Shown here piece after piece: positions 23,445 through 38,700 of a stretch of DNA of 64,000 nt. The notes under the pieces were generated by a model. That model was not told where the DNA came from and did not search any database. It was given only the letters and a program-made list of their open reading frames with translations. Position 1 is the stretch's first letter, and every line of letters starts with the position of its first letter. The stretch lies in the NCBI GenBank assembly GCA_022813865.1, contig JALDZX010000080.1, positions 1-64,000 of the forward strand, in the 5' to 3' direction. The position numbers and the translations under genes were made by a program. This DNA is from Xylographa opegraphella (taxonomy: Eukaryota).

Positions 23445-23792
23445 ATGTATAGTAACAACGACACGCGTAACAACCAGAATTGCGCCAGCAACGTCCGGCA
23501 TAATTCTCACGGGGCCAGAGAAAACGCTAGAACTTCGAGGCAAGAAGCTCAACATCAGCGACGCGAACCACAACCTCAAAGGCCACCGCCCCGACCAGTG
23601 TCATCTCCCTATCCACCCAGAGAGTCCCAACAACAAATAATGCATCAAGCGGTCCAGCTCAACGCGGTACTCAGCGCGGCAACACAAGGACAGTCAGGTG
23701 GAGCAAGACAAGCCTCTCGAGAGCAGTACATCAGGAACTGGGAAGAACATTGGAGACAAATAAGTGACCGTACGGTACAGCAGAATGGTTAG
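23445..23792 (+). CDS. Small Gln/Arg/Pro-rich hypothetical protein
   Basis: 115-aa ATG-initiated ORF with an amphipathic C-terminal stretch (REQYIRNWEEHWRQI). No recognised domain and the start is uncertain. Confidence 0.45.
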   Translation: MYSNNDTRNNQNCASNVRHNSHGARENARTSRQEAQHQRREPQPQRPPPRPVSSPYPPRESQQQIMHQAVQLNAVLSAATQGQSGGARQASREQYIRNWEEHWRQISDRTVQQNG

Positions 23793-24664
23793 TGATATGC
23801 AGGCCATTCAAATTCCCTCATTTAACTGAAAACAGGCCAAGGCCGATAATGTACAATACGGCAAATTATGTTGTGCAGGCCACAAACGACATGAAGCCAT
23901 CGACGAATCCGTAGGCCACCTCCAGATCAATCGGGGCCATTCTCTTTTTGGCATCGTTGCGGACAATTCGGAATCATCTATATTACTGTTTTCTTCGTTA
24001 CTTATTTTAATCTTCATGTGTTTTTCCAGTAATATTGGCGAATGTGTATCGGGTCTTATTCTTTCGTCCACTTAAGAGCTGCTTCATCGTGGTCAGAATC
24101 TTCAAGCGAGGTGTACCTATCTGGAATAGCATAATATATCGCAACTGAATGATTAGCACAACAACATGTGCCGTTATTCAGTCGGCGGTGGTCCACATGC
24201 TGGTCCAGGATTACTAGGTGTGAGGAACATCCAGCGACACCCCGGCAAAAGAATGCATAAGAAAAGTCGGCGGTCGTCTGGATTTGGGACGCGTTCAAAG
24301 CTACCTCATATCGACGGAAAGAATGTGCATTGCACCTTATTTCAACCTCAACGGCAAAGCCTGAGCTTATGTAAGCTAGGCGGCCTTCTTTCCGGCCGTT
24401 TAGGTCCTAGCGCCGGTTCTGGTCGTTGGTCAAGCAATTGCGGGGAAAGCTTACTGCAAATCGCTCCATAATGGCTCAATGGGCATCTGCCGCTCAGATC
24501 AACCATGGTGCTGCGCTGGTCGATCCCCAGGTTCAGCATACACTCCCTAAGCTTGGAAGAACCCCGGTCTCCCCGAATCGGAAGACATACTGCGATAGAA
24601 CAAGCTCTCTCGAAGCAGCAAGTTCGAGTGACAAAAAGGAGCACAGATATTTGCTAACAAGAAG

Positions 24665-26123
24665 ATGCCGGTGACACGATTCAGCGTGGCTGAGAAGTAT
24701 GAGTATCAGAATGGTTTTGGTTCTTACCACGAGTATGCCATTTTGAGCGGCTTACAGCACAGTATTGATCGTGTGCAGGAGCGAGGCCATCAGAGGTGCC
24801 CTGCCATTAGCCGCTAATTCTCCGCAGAAAGCCCCCTACGGTCTTTATACCGAGAAATTATCAGGCACCTCTTTCACAGCTCCGCGACATGAGAACCAAC
24901 AGACCTGGCTCTATCGCATCCTCCCTGCGGCTGCTCATTCACCGTTCGAGCCGCGAGAGTCGTCTAGCTACAACACCAATCCAGAGAACAACAAGCTTCA
25001 TCAAACCCCCAATCAGCTTCGATGGGATCCTTTCGACCTTGATGAGTCCGTGGACTGGGTACATTCTCTAAAGCTCGTCGCTGGGGCAGGAGACCCAACC
25101 ATGAAACAAGGCATTGGGATGTTTATCTTCGCTGCTGGAAAATCTATGGACAAACACTCTGCATTTTATAGTGCGGATGGCGACTTCTTGATAGTCTTAC
25201 AACATGGGGTCCTGGATATCCATACCGAATTTGGCCAATTGTTGGTCCGACCTAACGAGATCTGTGTTATACCTAGGGGCATTCGGTACAATGTTTCTCT
25301 CCCTCATGGTCCCGTTCGAGGATACATATTAGAGCTATATCAAGGACACTTTCAGCTTCCGGAACTTGGTCCAATCGGTTCCAATTGTCTCGCAAACGCC
25401 CGTGACTTTCAAGCACCCGTTGCTTCATTCACTGAAGATCATTCAACCTCAACCAAGTACACTTTGCTCACCAAATTCAACGGCCATCTTTTTGCTGCCT
25501 CTCAGACACATACACCGTTTGACGTAGTAGCATGGCACGGTACGTACTATCCGTACAAGTACGATCTTGGGCGGTTCAATACTATCGGTAGCATTTCCTA
25601 CGATCACCCCGATCCATCAATCTTCACTGTTTTATCAGCGCCTTCAGATCATGTGGGTACTGCAATTGCTGATTTTGTTATTTTTCCTCCTCGCTGGCTC
25701 GTGGCAGAAGACACGTTCCGACCTCCTTGGTATCACCGGAACACAATGTCCGAATTCATGGGCTTGATACAGGGTCAGTACGATGCGAAGACAGGGGGCG
25801 GTTTTCAGCCTGCAGGGGCCAGTCTGCACAATGTCATGAGCGCACACGGCCCCGACAGTGTGACGCATGAGAAGGCGTCAACCGCGGAGCTGAAACCCAT
25901 GAAAGTTGGGGAGGGAAGTATGGCTTTCATGTTCGAAAGCTGTCTGATGGTTGGAGTGACAGAATGGGGCTTGAAGGAGTGCCAAAAAGTGCAAAAGGGA
26001 TACAACAAGGAAAGCTGGGAGCCTATAGAGGTCCATTTTAAGCGGCCTGAGACGCTGCAGACGAATGGTAATGGCGAGAATGGACAGCGACCGGATTTGG
26101 GTAGCTGGGTGGGAGAAAGCTGA
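24665..26123 (+). CDS. hmgA: Homogentisate 1,2-dioxygenase
   Basis: Exon 1 [23 protein letters not shown], intron 24733-24778, then [43 protein letters not shown] and the Fe-ligand motifs [17 protein letters not shown] and [11 protein letters not shown]. Confidence 0.97.
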
Positions 26124-26476
26124 CTCTCTGTTATCGAGACGGAGTCCACGTCTGATTAGCAGTCCCGATCCTTCGGATAGAAGTTTCAGTAAATACTTGA
26201 TAGCGTCTGTGGCACTGTTTGTATGCTATAATATGCTTCATCTGTAGTCTAGGATTATCAGATGAGGCTGTAAAAGGTCCACAGCTTTCTTGCTTTAACT
26301 CCAACCATGGAATACGATTGCGCGATAAGGGCTACACCCTCTGACTTCGCTAGCTCGAAAGTCAATACCTCATCCCCCGCTTCAACGCAACGGAAACTTC
26401 AACTGCCTAGTTTATAATTAATTTGTTCAACGACTTTATTTTCCGTTAAACTAAAAGACTGGTACAGATCATAATC

Positions 26477-28542
<2,066 letters not shown>

Positions 28543-29155
28543 TGTGGGCCGGGGATGAGGATCTGGAGAGTCCGAGCTACGGTCCGTATGAAGCATTGCA
28601 GGCGAGTTGTGAAAAGCGAGGCATCGGCAGCATCGCTGCACAGATTAGAACCGTGTGGCACTTGAAGTTGTAGGATGGCTTCATCCTAGCGAAACAATTG
28701 TGACGGCTAGGCTGCTTTCTTCTCAGCGGTTCTCGGGATTTCCAGCAGCAAGATAGGATGGTTTCGCCGTACATATAATGTAAGCTCGTCGGTGGGGAGT
28801 CCTAGCCTCAAAAGCGGCCATGTGTGTAAACTTGCGGTTTCAGTATACGGGCTTTGGAAACGTAACCATACATGTAGAGTCAGCCATCGAAGCTATGACC
28901 ACAACGACGGGTATATACACCACGGTATATGCCAAGAAACGCCAGAATGCCGCTGATCCTACGGGTCTGCCTGTACCATTCTCCAAAACCCACGCTTTTT
29001 GCTCCCTTCTAAAATATTGAAATATCGAAATCCAAGGTTCCCACAATCACGGGAGGACCCCCCCCCCCCATATGAAATGTTTGGATATGTCCATATGCCC
29101 CCATTTCATTAACCTTCCACGATATGCATTCCCTGCCGTCATCTTCTGCGTCCCG

Positions 29156-29983
29156 CTACAGTCGTAGGACGAATCCGAGAGCGAGAGCGATCCCTATTCC
29201 GAATATTCTAGCCAGTCCAACTTGTTTGTCCGCTTCCGCTCCACTGGCATTGACAATGATCCCTGAGCCTGTGGCCGCTGCGTTTGCTCCCGTCAGTGAA
29301 GAACAGTAGGCCAAATTCAAGCCATAACACCCCTGGGTATATAGACTGCTGCAGATACTGGCCGCCTGAGCCGTAACACCGGCCCCTTGTGCGGTCACCA
29401 CGACGACGCCGTCGTTTCCAGTAATCCCATTGACCTCGCCACCGAGAGAGGCGGTACAAGATGAGAGTTCCGAAGAGCAGGAAGTGTAGTAGGACGAGCA
29501 GACTCCGGCGTCGGGGAAGGAGGTGGGTATGTAGAGGAAGGGGAAGTAGGGGTTGACAACTGTGCTTTGAGGTGGAGACGTACTCGTAGCGGGAAACAGG
29601 CTATTTCCGGTGGTGCTCACATAGCCAGCCGTCGTTGTGGCTCCATTCCCTCCTCCCAGCAGCAGGGGGCCTGTCGTGGTAGCCGCAGAGCCTGCCACTC
29701 CTAGTGTCCCTGTACACGATGCGCCACTTGGACAGCAGGCGACCATGTTCGCCGCATCCGGTGTACAGATAGCATCAGTGCTGCAGCAAGCGCTGGCCAC
29801 GCCGAGATTGGTACAAGCATTGTATCCAATTTGACAAGCGTTTTGGCGGCGAAACAGTTCAAGTAAGCTGTCGGAGGCGTCTTGTTGTATCAACGGAGCG
29901 GAGAATGGGCACAGCGAAGCTGATGGGTCGGTAGCATAGGTGGTAGTGAGGAGAAGCGGAAGTAGAGCCGTCGACAGACGCAT
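29156..29983 (-). CDS. Secreted Cys-rich, Ser/Thr-rich, probably GPI-anchored cell-wall protein
   Basis: Signal peptide MRLSTALLPLLLTTTYA, Kex2-like LFRRQ, CC-containing N-terminal module, second Cys module (CSSYYTSCSSELSSC...ICSSLYTQGCYGL), hydrophobic C-terminal tail. Confidence 0.85.
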   Translation of the reverse strand: MRLSTALLPLLLTTTYATDPSASLCPFSAPLIQQDASDSLLELFRRQNACQIGYNACTNLGVASACCSTDAICTPDAANMVACCPSGASCTGTLGVAGSAATTTGPLLLGGGNGATTTAGYVSTTGNSLFPATSTSPPQSTVVNPYFPFLYIPTSFPDAGVCSSYYTSCSSELSSCTASLGGEVNGITGNDGVVVVTAQGAGVTAQAASICSSLYTQGCYGLNLAYCSSLTGANAAATGSGIIVNASGAEADKQVGLARIFGIGIALALGFVLRL

Positions 29984-30555
29984 ACTGAGGGGCGTTGAAG
30001 CCCGCAGGCACACTTGGTCGCGCTGTACGAGCCGTATGGATGACGTTTATTGAGTTGTTGACTTGGTAGCTGTGAATTGTGCGGGACAACCTTTGTTGAC
30101 TTTGAGATAAGAGCGGACGAATGTCAGTTGCAAAACTATTAGATAGTTAAAAGGAGTTGATCCGTCGATAAGGTACCTAGTTGCAATGATGTATTATGCT
30201 CTGCTGCAATTGAGGGTCAGAGCAGATGCAATAGATGCGGGCAAGGCCTTGGTCAATTGGGCAGTGATGATGCTCAACGCTGCTGCGGCTCCACTTCGGC
30301 CTCGCACACGATTTGCTGCAGCAACGGCGCCTTTCCGGTCCGTGCATAAGGCGCTAGCGGAAAGGCTTGGCGTGGACCATCCCGAGAACATTGCAGCTTC
30401 TGCTATGAAATTGTTAAGAGCATTACCGATGTTGCAACACCTGTCTGCTGTAAGATGCCTCAACTATCAATATGACTTTGAAACTTCAGTGCTCTGATTT
30501 TTTGCCATTTGTTTCTCTCCGCAAACGCATTGTTGTTCTCTTTGATTGAATTTGG

Positions 30556-32794
30556 ATGCATTCTCCTATTCTCGCTCGAGGCCTATTACTACGCGAATAT
30601 CAGCCAGTTTCGAGATTGCTCTCTGCATACAGTCTCGCGAGTCGGGAATTACATGTCCAGGTAGAGCAAGATGGTATGCTTTGAATCTCATGAAATCTGA
30701 CAACAATAGCACGATGGCCGACAACGGCTATCCAACTTCTGGACACCCACTGGAGGTATTGAAGAGCAAAACGATGACCGAGGTTTATTTTAGATCACTT
30801 TCTTTTAAGAGGTTGCCACTGACATGTAGCCCGCAGACTCTCATTCCTTGCTGTTGAGAGCTGGATATATTCGTCAGGTCAGCGTTGTACGCGCTCCGCC
30901 ACTAGATCTTCAGCTCAAAAATCTCGGTAGACACATTCGGGAATTTTTCAATTTCTTCCTCTAGGTTTGAGAGTGCAAAACAAAGTGGAGAAGCTGCTGG
31001 ACAAGCATATGATCGCACTTGGTACGTTTGAATCTATTTATACTGATAAATGATGTGCGCCTCCTGATGAGCTCAGGGGCTTCGAAGCTTTCATTGTCCA
31101 CTTTCTCTTCCGAATCCCTCTGGCAACGTTCTGGACGTCTTAGTGGTGACAGGTCTGAGGTAAAGTACTGGTAATTCCAATTGCTGTTGCCGACTTCTTA
31201 TGCTTCACCATTCAGCTATTTCAGCTTGAAGATAGGAAAGGGACAAAGTTCCTTCTCTCGCCCACTCATGAAGAAGAGATTACCTCCCTTGTGGCAAATA
31301 CTGTTCATTCCTATAGAGACTTACCGCTTCGCCTTTACCAGATCAGTAAGACTGTATCACTCCACTCTCTGCTCTTTGACTGACGAACTAGCACGGAAAT
31401 ATCGGGATGAGCCACGCCCGCGGGGGGGTCTGTTACGTACAAGGGAGTTTCTAATGAAAGATCTATACACCTTCGACACCTCATCAAAGGATGCTCACCA
31501 AACTTACCGTGAAGTACGAGAAGCCTACTCGGCATTTTTCAACGAGCTAAAAGTGCCATACCTGACTGCCGAAGCTGACTCTGGTAACATTGGGGGTGAT
31601 CTCAGCCATGAGTATCACATACCAAGTCCAAAAGGCGAGGATCGAATTCTTAGTTGTTCTTCCTGCGACTATGTTGCCAATGAAGAAGTTGCCAGGAGCG
31701 GAAGGGAACCTTCCTCGGAGTTGCTTTACGGCGTACGATCGCAAGCTCCTACCCGACCGCCAGGTACAGAAGTCTTGAGCCTTGAACAATTCACTCAACT
31801 ATACGCCTGGTATTCAATCACTCATGCAGTCAGCCAGGACCATGAAACAGCATATATTGCGATATATCCTTCGATGATTGTTCATGGCCACGACGGTGAA
31901 CAGCGCGACACGAAGCTTAACGTTGATGCTCTGAAATCAATATTCCCCGATATTGATACAGCAGGTGGAGAGCCCAAAGTGACAGATAGCCCTCGGATGA
32001 AGAAAAAGTACGTGCTCGACTACCGGATCTCGAGAATCATCAAGAAATCATTCAACGAATTTCTATCTACTCAGAGAAACCCAGATGTTGATTTCGATAA
32101 CATCCCGGCTGTGGACCTAGTCAGGATTGAAGACGGCGATGGCTGTCCCAAATGCAAATCTGGTATCCTAAAGGTACGCACGTCCATTGAGCTTGGTCAC
32201 ACTTTCCATCTGGGGACGAAGTACAGCAAGCCTCTGAATGCGAGAGTGCCTGGCGATAGTCCGATGAGTAAAACTGAAAAGGAACTCATTTCAACGAGTC
32301 TTCCTCTTGGAAAAGATGGTATAAAGACCAATGCACGAGAAACAATGGAGAACAAAATCTTCCTCCACATGGGCTGCCACGGTATCGGAGTATCGCGCCT
32401 CATCGCCGCCGTCGCAGACTCGCTTGCCGATGGCAAGGGGTTGAACTGGCCACGAGTCATGGCGCCGTTCGAAGTGGTAGTCATCCCAGCGCCTGGCCTG
32501 GGGAATGACGCAAATGTGGTTCTGGATGCACTTGCGCCAGAAGCCGCGCTTACATCGTCCGCAACTCCTCGTACTTCTTCTATTGATGTTATACTTGACG
32601 ATCGCCCTAAAGATATGAGTTGGAAGCTGAAAGATGCAGACCTGATCGGCTATCCCATCCTCGTAGTTCTGGGGAGAACGTGGAGGACGGAGAAGAAGTG
32701 TGAAGTGCAGTGCCGACGGTTGGGCTCTTTGAGGCAGGATGTGGCACTACCGGAATTAAGGAGTTTTGTGGACGATCTGCTCAGGCAGTTATAG
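30556..32794 (+). CDS. Prolyl-tRNA synthetase, bacterial/mitochondrial type; multi-exon
   Basis: RLSNFWTPTG, LLLRAGYIRQ, SGIFQFLPLGLRV, LSPTHEEEIT, class II motif 2 KYRDEPRPRGGLLRTREFLMKDLY, IELGHTFHLGTKYS, motif 3 MGCHGIGVSRL, anticodon domain LKDADLIGYP. Start codon approximate. Confidence 0.94.
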
Positions 32795-33391
32795 GCCCGG
32801 CTATCTTATGAGATGGTGGTAATCACGTGGATGAACGTTTAATCGTGGTTGTTAGAGCGGCCGAAGTGGTTCATATGTACTTTTAAGTGTAATTCAATTA
32901 ATGTATATCAGCCGCTGTCTGCGTAAAACACGACGATGGTTGACCAGCAGTATCGTAGTAACAATAGATACCTGGTCGAGGTTAGTACCCCACCAAGAGG
33001 TCACGATGATAGGGTACCCGAATATTCGAGCAGCTTACCTACTACCTAGGTACCCAGATACCTACTTACAAAGTAGTCAGCCTCAATTCGAATCTGGCCT
33101 AAGAAAGGTTTAGCGGGAAGACTATGGGGCTTCTCGCCCTAAGATCGTGCTCGGTTAGATCTCGGGCGGGTCGATGACATCGTGACAACAGGATGACGAC
33201 AATCCCCGCTCAGGTACCGAAAATGGCTATGATGGGAGGCCATTGTATGTACTGCTGTCACATATTCAAGACTTCCAATACTCCAGTTCAGGAATTACGT
33301 CCCGGAACCAACCCTATTGACCGTCTAAAAGGTCCTTTTATAAGCTATCAACTACCCACAAGTACTACCTTTTTGTAACATATACAGCAAC

Positions 33392-34006
33392 ATGGCCTCA
33401 TCGGATCCCAAGCAGGGCGGTGACCTCTTTGATATGGCAAAAGATGGCACCACCATGCCCAACGACGCCGGAAAGATGAATCTCATTCCCTCGGTGCCTC
33501 GACCGGACCAGATGACCGATGACAATAATTTCGGCGACAACCTTGGGGCGGACAATCTAGCGGGAGCGGCAGACAATCCGACGGATATCTCACGCGTACG
33601 TACTTACTTTCCTCTTTCCTATTCTTCGAATTGAGTTATATCCCTTTTGATTCTCAAAGACGGGTAGCCAGCAGAGCCTTCGCTTCCTTACTCCCAAGCA
33701 CTCCTTACAATCCGATGTCCCCTTCAGTTCCAATGACTAACATGCACCTTCGCACAGAGTAGCAAAGACATCGGCATGACCGGCGAAGCCATCACCGGTA
33801 CAGGCAATACCCTCCCTGCTGAAGCCGAGACGAAGCGGTTACACTTCAGTGGCGGACCCTTGGACAAGGGACGTCAGAGATACGACAAACACACTCGGGA
33901 CAAGGAGAGTCACTTGGAGAAGCTTGCTGGTGATGGGGCGGGCATGCAGGAGGACGAGGACATTGACGTCGGAAGCAGGGACGAGAGGGAGAGGAAAGAT
34001 GTCTGA
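33392..34006 (+). CDS. Small hydrophilic fungal protein (2 exons), function unknown
   Basis: MASSDPKQGGDLFDMAKDGTTMPNDAGKMNLIPSVPRPDQ. Intron from about 33596 (GTACGT) to 33757 (CAG) joins to the ORF ending at 34006. TATA-like TTTATAAG near 33337. Confidence 0.75.
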
Positions 34007-34443
34007 AGAGCGCGGTGCTGTTAGGGTCGAGCCTTTTAGTGCTGCTAGAGGAATTAGGGATTTAAGGAGATTTATTCCCCGGTGGAAAAGTGATGGCCTT
34101 ATGGTGTGAAGCGGTTTGTGGCATCGAAATGTATGCTGGGCTATGGGAATAGAGCTGTGACATAACTCAATTCAAGTACTGCGGTACGCCAATCGGGCCA
34201 TTTCTATCCTAATTGGTACTGGGATACCTTAGCCATGGTACCTATCTTCAAACCAATTCGCTCGTTTCAGCGTGGTACAATATATGTTATACGCCCAAAA
34301 TGAGGTTCTCCTGGGCAACGGCACTTTTACTTTCGGGAGACGTTTCGGTGTGAGGTGCAGTAGGAGGAGAAAGCCTCCATGTGCGAAGTCTTGACTAATA
34401 ATTGGTTGTTAAAAACCCCCCACTGATATATCACCTGTTCACC

Positions 34444-35708
34444 ATGCTGTCTGCCCAACCTACGACTTTGTTAGGGCTTCCAGTACATCTCAGGAAACGA
34501 ATATTAATGCTGTGTCTTACACGACCATGCCCAATCGACACCCTGCGAGAGCGATGGCGCGTTCAGCCGGTCTCGGATCTCAAAACCTCGTGTTGATGCC
34601 GGGATCGGAAGCTCTGTCCCAGCTACGAAATCTGCACGTCACTCTCGAGAATCCAGACGGAACATCCGGGCTCCGGCTCGACGACTCTCGGGACCGCACG
34701 TTGATTCGGGCTTGGGTGGCTATATGCACGAGACTAGCGCCTCTTATAAGTCCCTGGCGGCTTCACTTTACATTCGCCTATACCCCCGCAGATACCGACA
34801 CGGCTCTATATCTCGCAGACACCCTGCGCCTACTTCCCCCGGTGCAGCATTGCGCCCTATCATTCGGCTCCTATCTCGACCCTTCCTTCCGTCCCACGGT
34901 CCGCGAACTATGTCTCGAGCTTTAGGACACGGAAAGTCCTTTCGAAGATGCGTTCCCATTCTCTAGCCTGCCGCGCGAACTACGACTACGAGTTTTGGCG
35001 CATACGGACCTCCTCGTCCTTGGAACGGAGCTGCGTATCGTCGCCGGTGTCCTGGCCTCGCGAGGCGTCTGCTGTCTGGCCTGCTGCGTCGCGCTGCAGG
35101 ACTGCTGCTGTCTCACGCGCCCGAACGCATTCAGCCCCACGTGCCGCTGCGCGCTCGACCCGACGGGCCTCCTCCGCCTCTCGCGCGGGACGTACGCCGA
35201 TGCTGTCGAGGTGCTTTATGCCCACAACCGCTTCCGCTTCACGGGCTCTCCGGGTCAAACGCTCGCATTCCTGAGCCGTTTACCGCTAGCGAACGTGAAA
35301 TTGATCCGCGACGTCGTGCTGGAAGTGACGTGGGACGAACGCAACGAATGGACCAATAACCACCGAGAGTTTATTAGCATGTGGAACGAGCTCTTGGAGT
35401 TCATCAGAGATTATTTCGAACTCGCCGTACTGAGCCTGACCGTCCACGGCAACTTGTGGATCTACGAGGATGACGAGTGGTCCGTCAACCACCCACTCGA
35501 CCGGGAATACTACGACGCTATTAGAGCGTTTTACTCGAACATCCTTGGCTCCGTGCGGATCGTAAAGGGGCTCAAAGCGTATGCGGTCTACCTACGAGAT
35601 GAAGAGTTCTGGGACATGGAAGAGCCGGCCGAGAGGGACGTCATGGGGAGCGAGTACGACAGTGCCATGTTCGGTAAGATCGGTCCTGAGGACCGCGAGG
35701 TGCCTTGA
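34444..35708 (+). pseudogene. Disrupted F-box-like domain protein
   Basis: Two F-box-like starts (TLLGLPVHLRKRIL; FPFSSLPRELRLRVLAHTDL) and EVLYAHNRFRF. Frame break near 34580-34596 and an in-frame TAG at 34923-34925 between two same-frame ORFs. Confidence 0.7.
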
Positions 35709-38700
35709 AATAATCATGCCCAGTTGCGTGACGCCGTCTCCATCACAAGCGGGATAAGCGCGCGCTACAGTTCCTTGGCAAGGTCGCTGATGCTCAACGG
35801 CATTGATTCAACCGCATTAATCTGACTGATATTGCGGCCCGCAGATCGGCTGAGATGCGAGATTCTCAGCATGACAGAGCAAATCTCCTGAACTACGGGT
35901 CAGGAATGAAGCTTATCCGGTCACTGCGGTGGTATATCGGCCATGCTGATGTCCTGCTTGCTTGGTCGGCTGCATATTGATCTATGCCGTCGAAGTGATC
36001 TTCTTTACTCCGATAACGCACAGCAACTTCAATGCATTGCGAAACCCAGATAAGACGGAGTTAATCCATGTTGGTTGTCAGAGCCAAAATATGTTAGGGG
36101 TCACGCTCTGACAGAAGCTCTTGTCTTACTCGGTCTTGAGGCATTGAGGAACACCCGCTTGGCTGCCGGACTACTCGCACATCTCCCTCGAACCAAACGC
36201 GCTTCATCATCACGTTGGGTGGTATGTACCGCAAAGACATGACAGCCTGTACCACCGTATTAAATGAGTGAGCATAGACTGGACAAGCAGGGTTATCCGC
36301 AGGGCTCGCGGCACAAGGAATATCGAATCGCATTTTCCTCCTCGAAGTAAGCCGGCTTACAGAGTCTGGAAAACCTATTAGGTGGCGACATTACCTGTTG
36401 TGTACGGCACCAAGAAACTAAGAGCTCTCCACGTAATGACGCCGCTGGGCGAATAATACTCTACCAGCCATTCTCAACCGTCATAGGAACTCCGTATCCA
36501 CATCGTCTCGATGGTGAAGTATTCCTGAGCGACGGCAGAACACACCTAGCTGCGGAAACGAGCGTGTACTAGCTGACTCTGCTTGGACTGGTCTGAAATG
36601 ATATGCAATGAGTGCAGCAGGGCACAGCAGTGAGTGAGTTATTTTAGCCGATACATTGGGGGAGGGAGTTGGGTTGACTCTTTTTGTATCCAAGGAGCTG
36701 TGGCAACAGGGTTGGCGATGGAGAGGTTGAGGCTGTGTGGTGTGAGGATATATACTATAGGATGAGAAGGCCGTGCATCACGAGTAGTGCTCATGTGAAA
36801 GAGCTGTCGGTGGCATGAGCGCCTGGGTTGGCAGCTGAGAGATAGAGTACCATCATGAATCACACACGCCATAAAACCTGGGCTCTGGTGTGGGTAGTTC
36901 GCATGCAAAGGTCTTGCTGCAGTCCCGAAATCGCAAATAGACGTCAATTCATCTTCCGCGATCAAGTCCTGCTTCGGACGTGAAACTGATCGATAGAAGC
37001 TTGGAACCCAGGTATACTGTAGTCTGCAAAGTCTGCAGCAGGGCATCTAGGCTTGTCGTGCCATCTTCCAGTCCAGATTCGAAACCTTCGGCACGGCTGC
37101 AACGGACCGCGTAAGGTGCAAACAGAATCAACATAATAGAAGCACATGTAAAAGACGCCAGAAGTCCTCGAGTATGGTTGGAAAGCATTACGAAAAGGAG
37201 AAAGCTGAAACACGATCTCTTAGTCCAGAGCTCGAGGCGCGAAGCCCGAACAATTACGACAAAGTAATTTTTCCAGACGTCCAAATCGACGGATTTTTCA
37301 CCGCGATAGGAACGTGGGGCCAGAAGATCATAGTGACATGCTCTTGGAGTTGCACACGCTGCCAGGTTGTGTTACGGTTATATCCCGCCTGGAGCAGCCC
37401 AACTCTTCCACGTGTCCGTCGTCGATGCAGCTCGAGTTCGTCGATGCACTGGCTTTCGCCGGGCAATAAAGAGAAGTGCATCATGCACGCATCGAATCCA
37501 GTCGGTCAGGATGTGTTGATATTATCATAGCGGTTCGCAATCAACCTTGCGAGGCGACGGAGTAGGGCTTTAATGCTTTTGGCCAAACACCATCTTCGAC
37601 GGTCGGACATGATGCCAGTTCTGACGCGAATCTCAGCTCAGTTAAGTCGAGCCCTTGAGCATATGGTTACTCATGAAAGGTATCCTCTGCAAGTGGAGGG
37701 AACTACCATGATTAGCTGGCAATACCACGACGGTACTTTGGAGCTCTGCGTGTGAGACTGGCGTTTCAAGAGGCGGCTGGGTGATTTCCATTTCCCACAA
37801 TGGCCAAACCGGCGCTATTCCTTCCCGTCAGATAAATGATCGGTACAAGGGGGTAATAGTTATGTGACGCGGCCTTCGAAAGCCTTTTGATATCGAACAG
37901 ATCTTTTCAACGCACCCACATTCCCAAGTTTCACGATTGTAGCACTATCTTTTAGTAAGTTTTTATTGGATAGCATCGTCAATTCTGAGCTTTGGAGAAG
38001 CCGTCGAGCTGGTCATCAAAAGATGATGTTGAGAGAGGGACAAGGTACTCTCGGTACCTGTTCAACCACTATTTCCCACGTCTGCAGCTGCAAGACTACA
38101 GCACGGAGATTCCCGGAGCTCATTGTGGAAAATATAGCGTATTCTTTTGACGAAGAATCCGGATTATGAAGATGACTTGCAGTATGGATGACCATTCCGT
38201 TTGAAAACTCTGATCACTCGGTAACCGTGTTGTACTGAAATTCGTGGTGTCGTCGTGTCTTCTAGTACTGGTATTTTAGTTAGTATGAAAGGATGCTTGG
38301 TAGATAAGTTGACTACTGGTCGATATCTCGTACCCATGAGCATCGTGACCAAAATACTGAAGCACGCTGAGCTTTCATCGATGTTTGGCTGAAAAAAAGG
38401 CAGCAGACCACGGTCGCAAAACCTGCTGTCCTGACAACGTTCATGCAGAGCCTCTGGTCGTGGCAGGAAATCATCAAGTCTCTTGGACGTCAATGTCAGT
38501 GAAAATCTACTACCACAATCATCGAGATTCGACCACTTCCAGATAGGTGTCTTCGGGAGCTGACGTGCATCCTCAGGTCGAGTTTTAATAAGAACCGAAT
38601 GAGGTTCTTTCAAATGCTCGCTGACCCTTCACGGCACCAGGGACACGGCTTTTGATGCATATCGTCGATTGCAATCAATGCCTTGCTACATATAGTAGCT

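Noticed and set aside
30186..30497. 103-aa ORF between the GPI-type protein and ProRS
   Set aside because: It lies in a divergent promoter region with an antisense ORF of similar length and no recognisable features.
38164..38613. 149-aa minus-strand ORF and neighbouring 100-190 aa ORFs in 36-41.6 kb
   Set aside because: Mostly non-ATG starts, no motifs and no consistent splice structure, so not supportable as genes.
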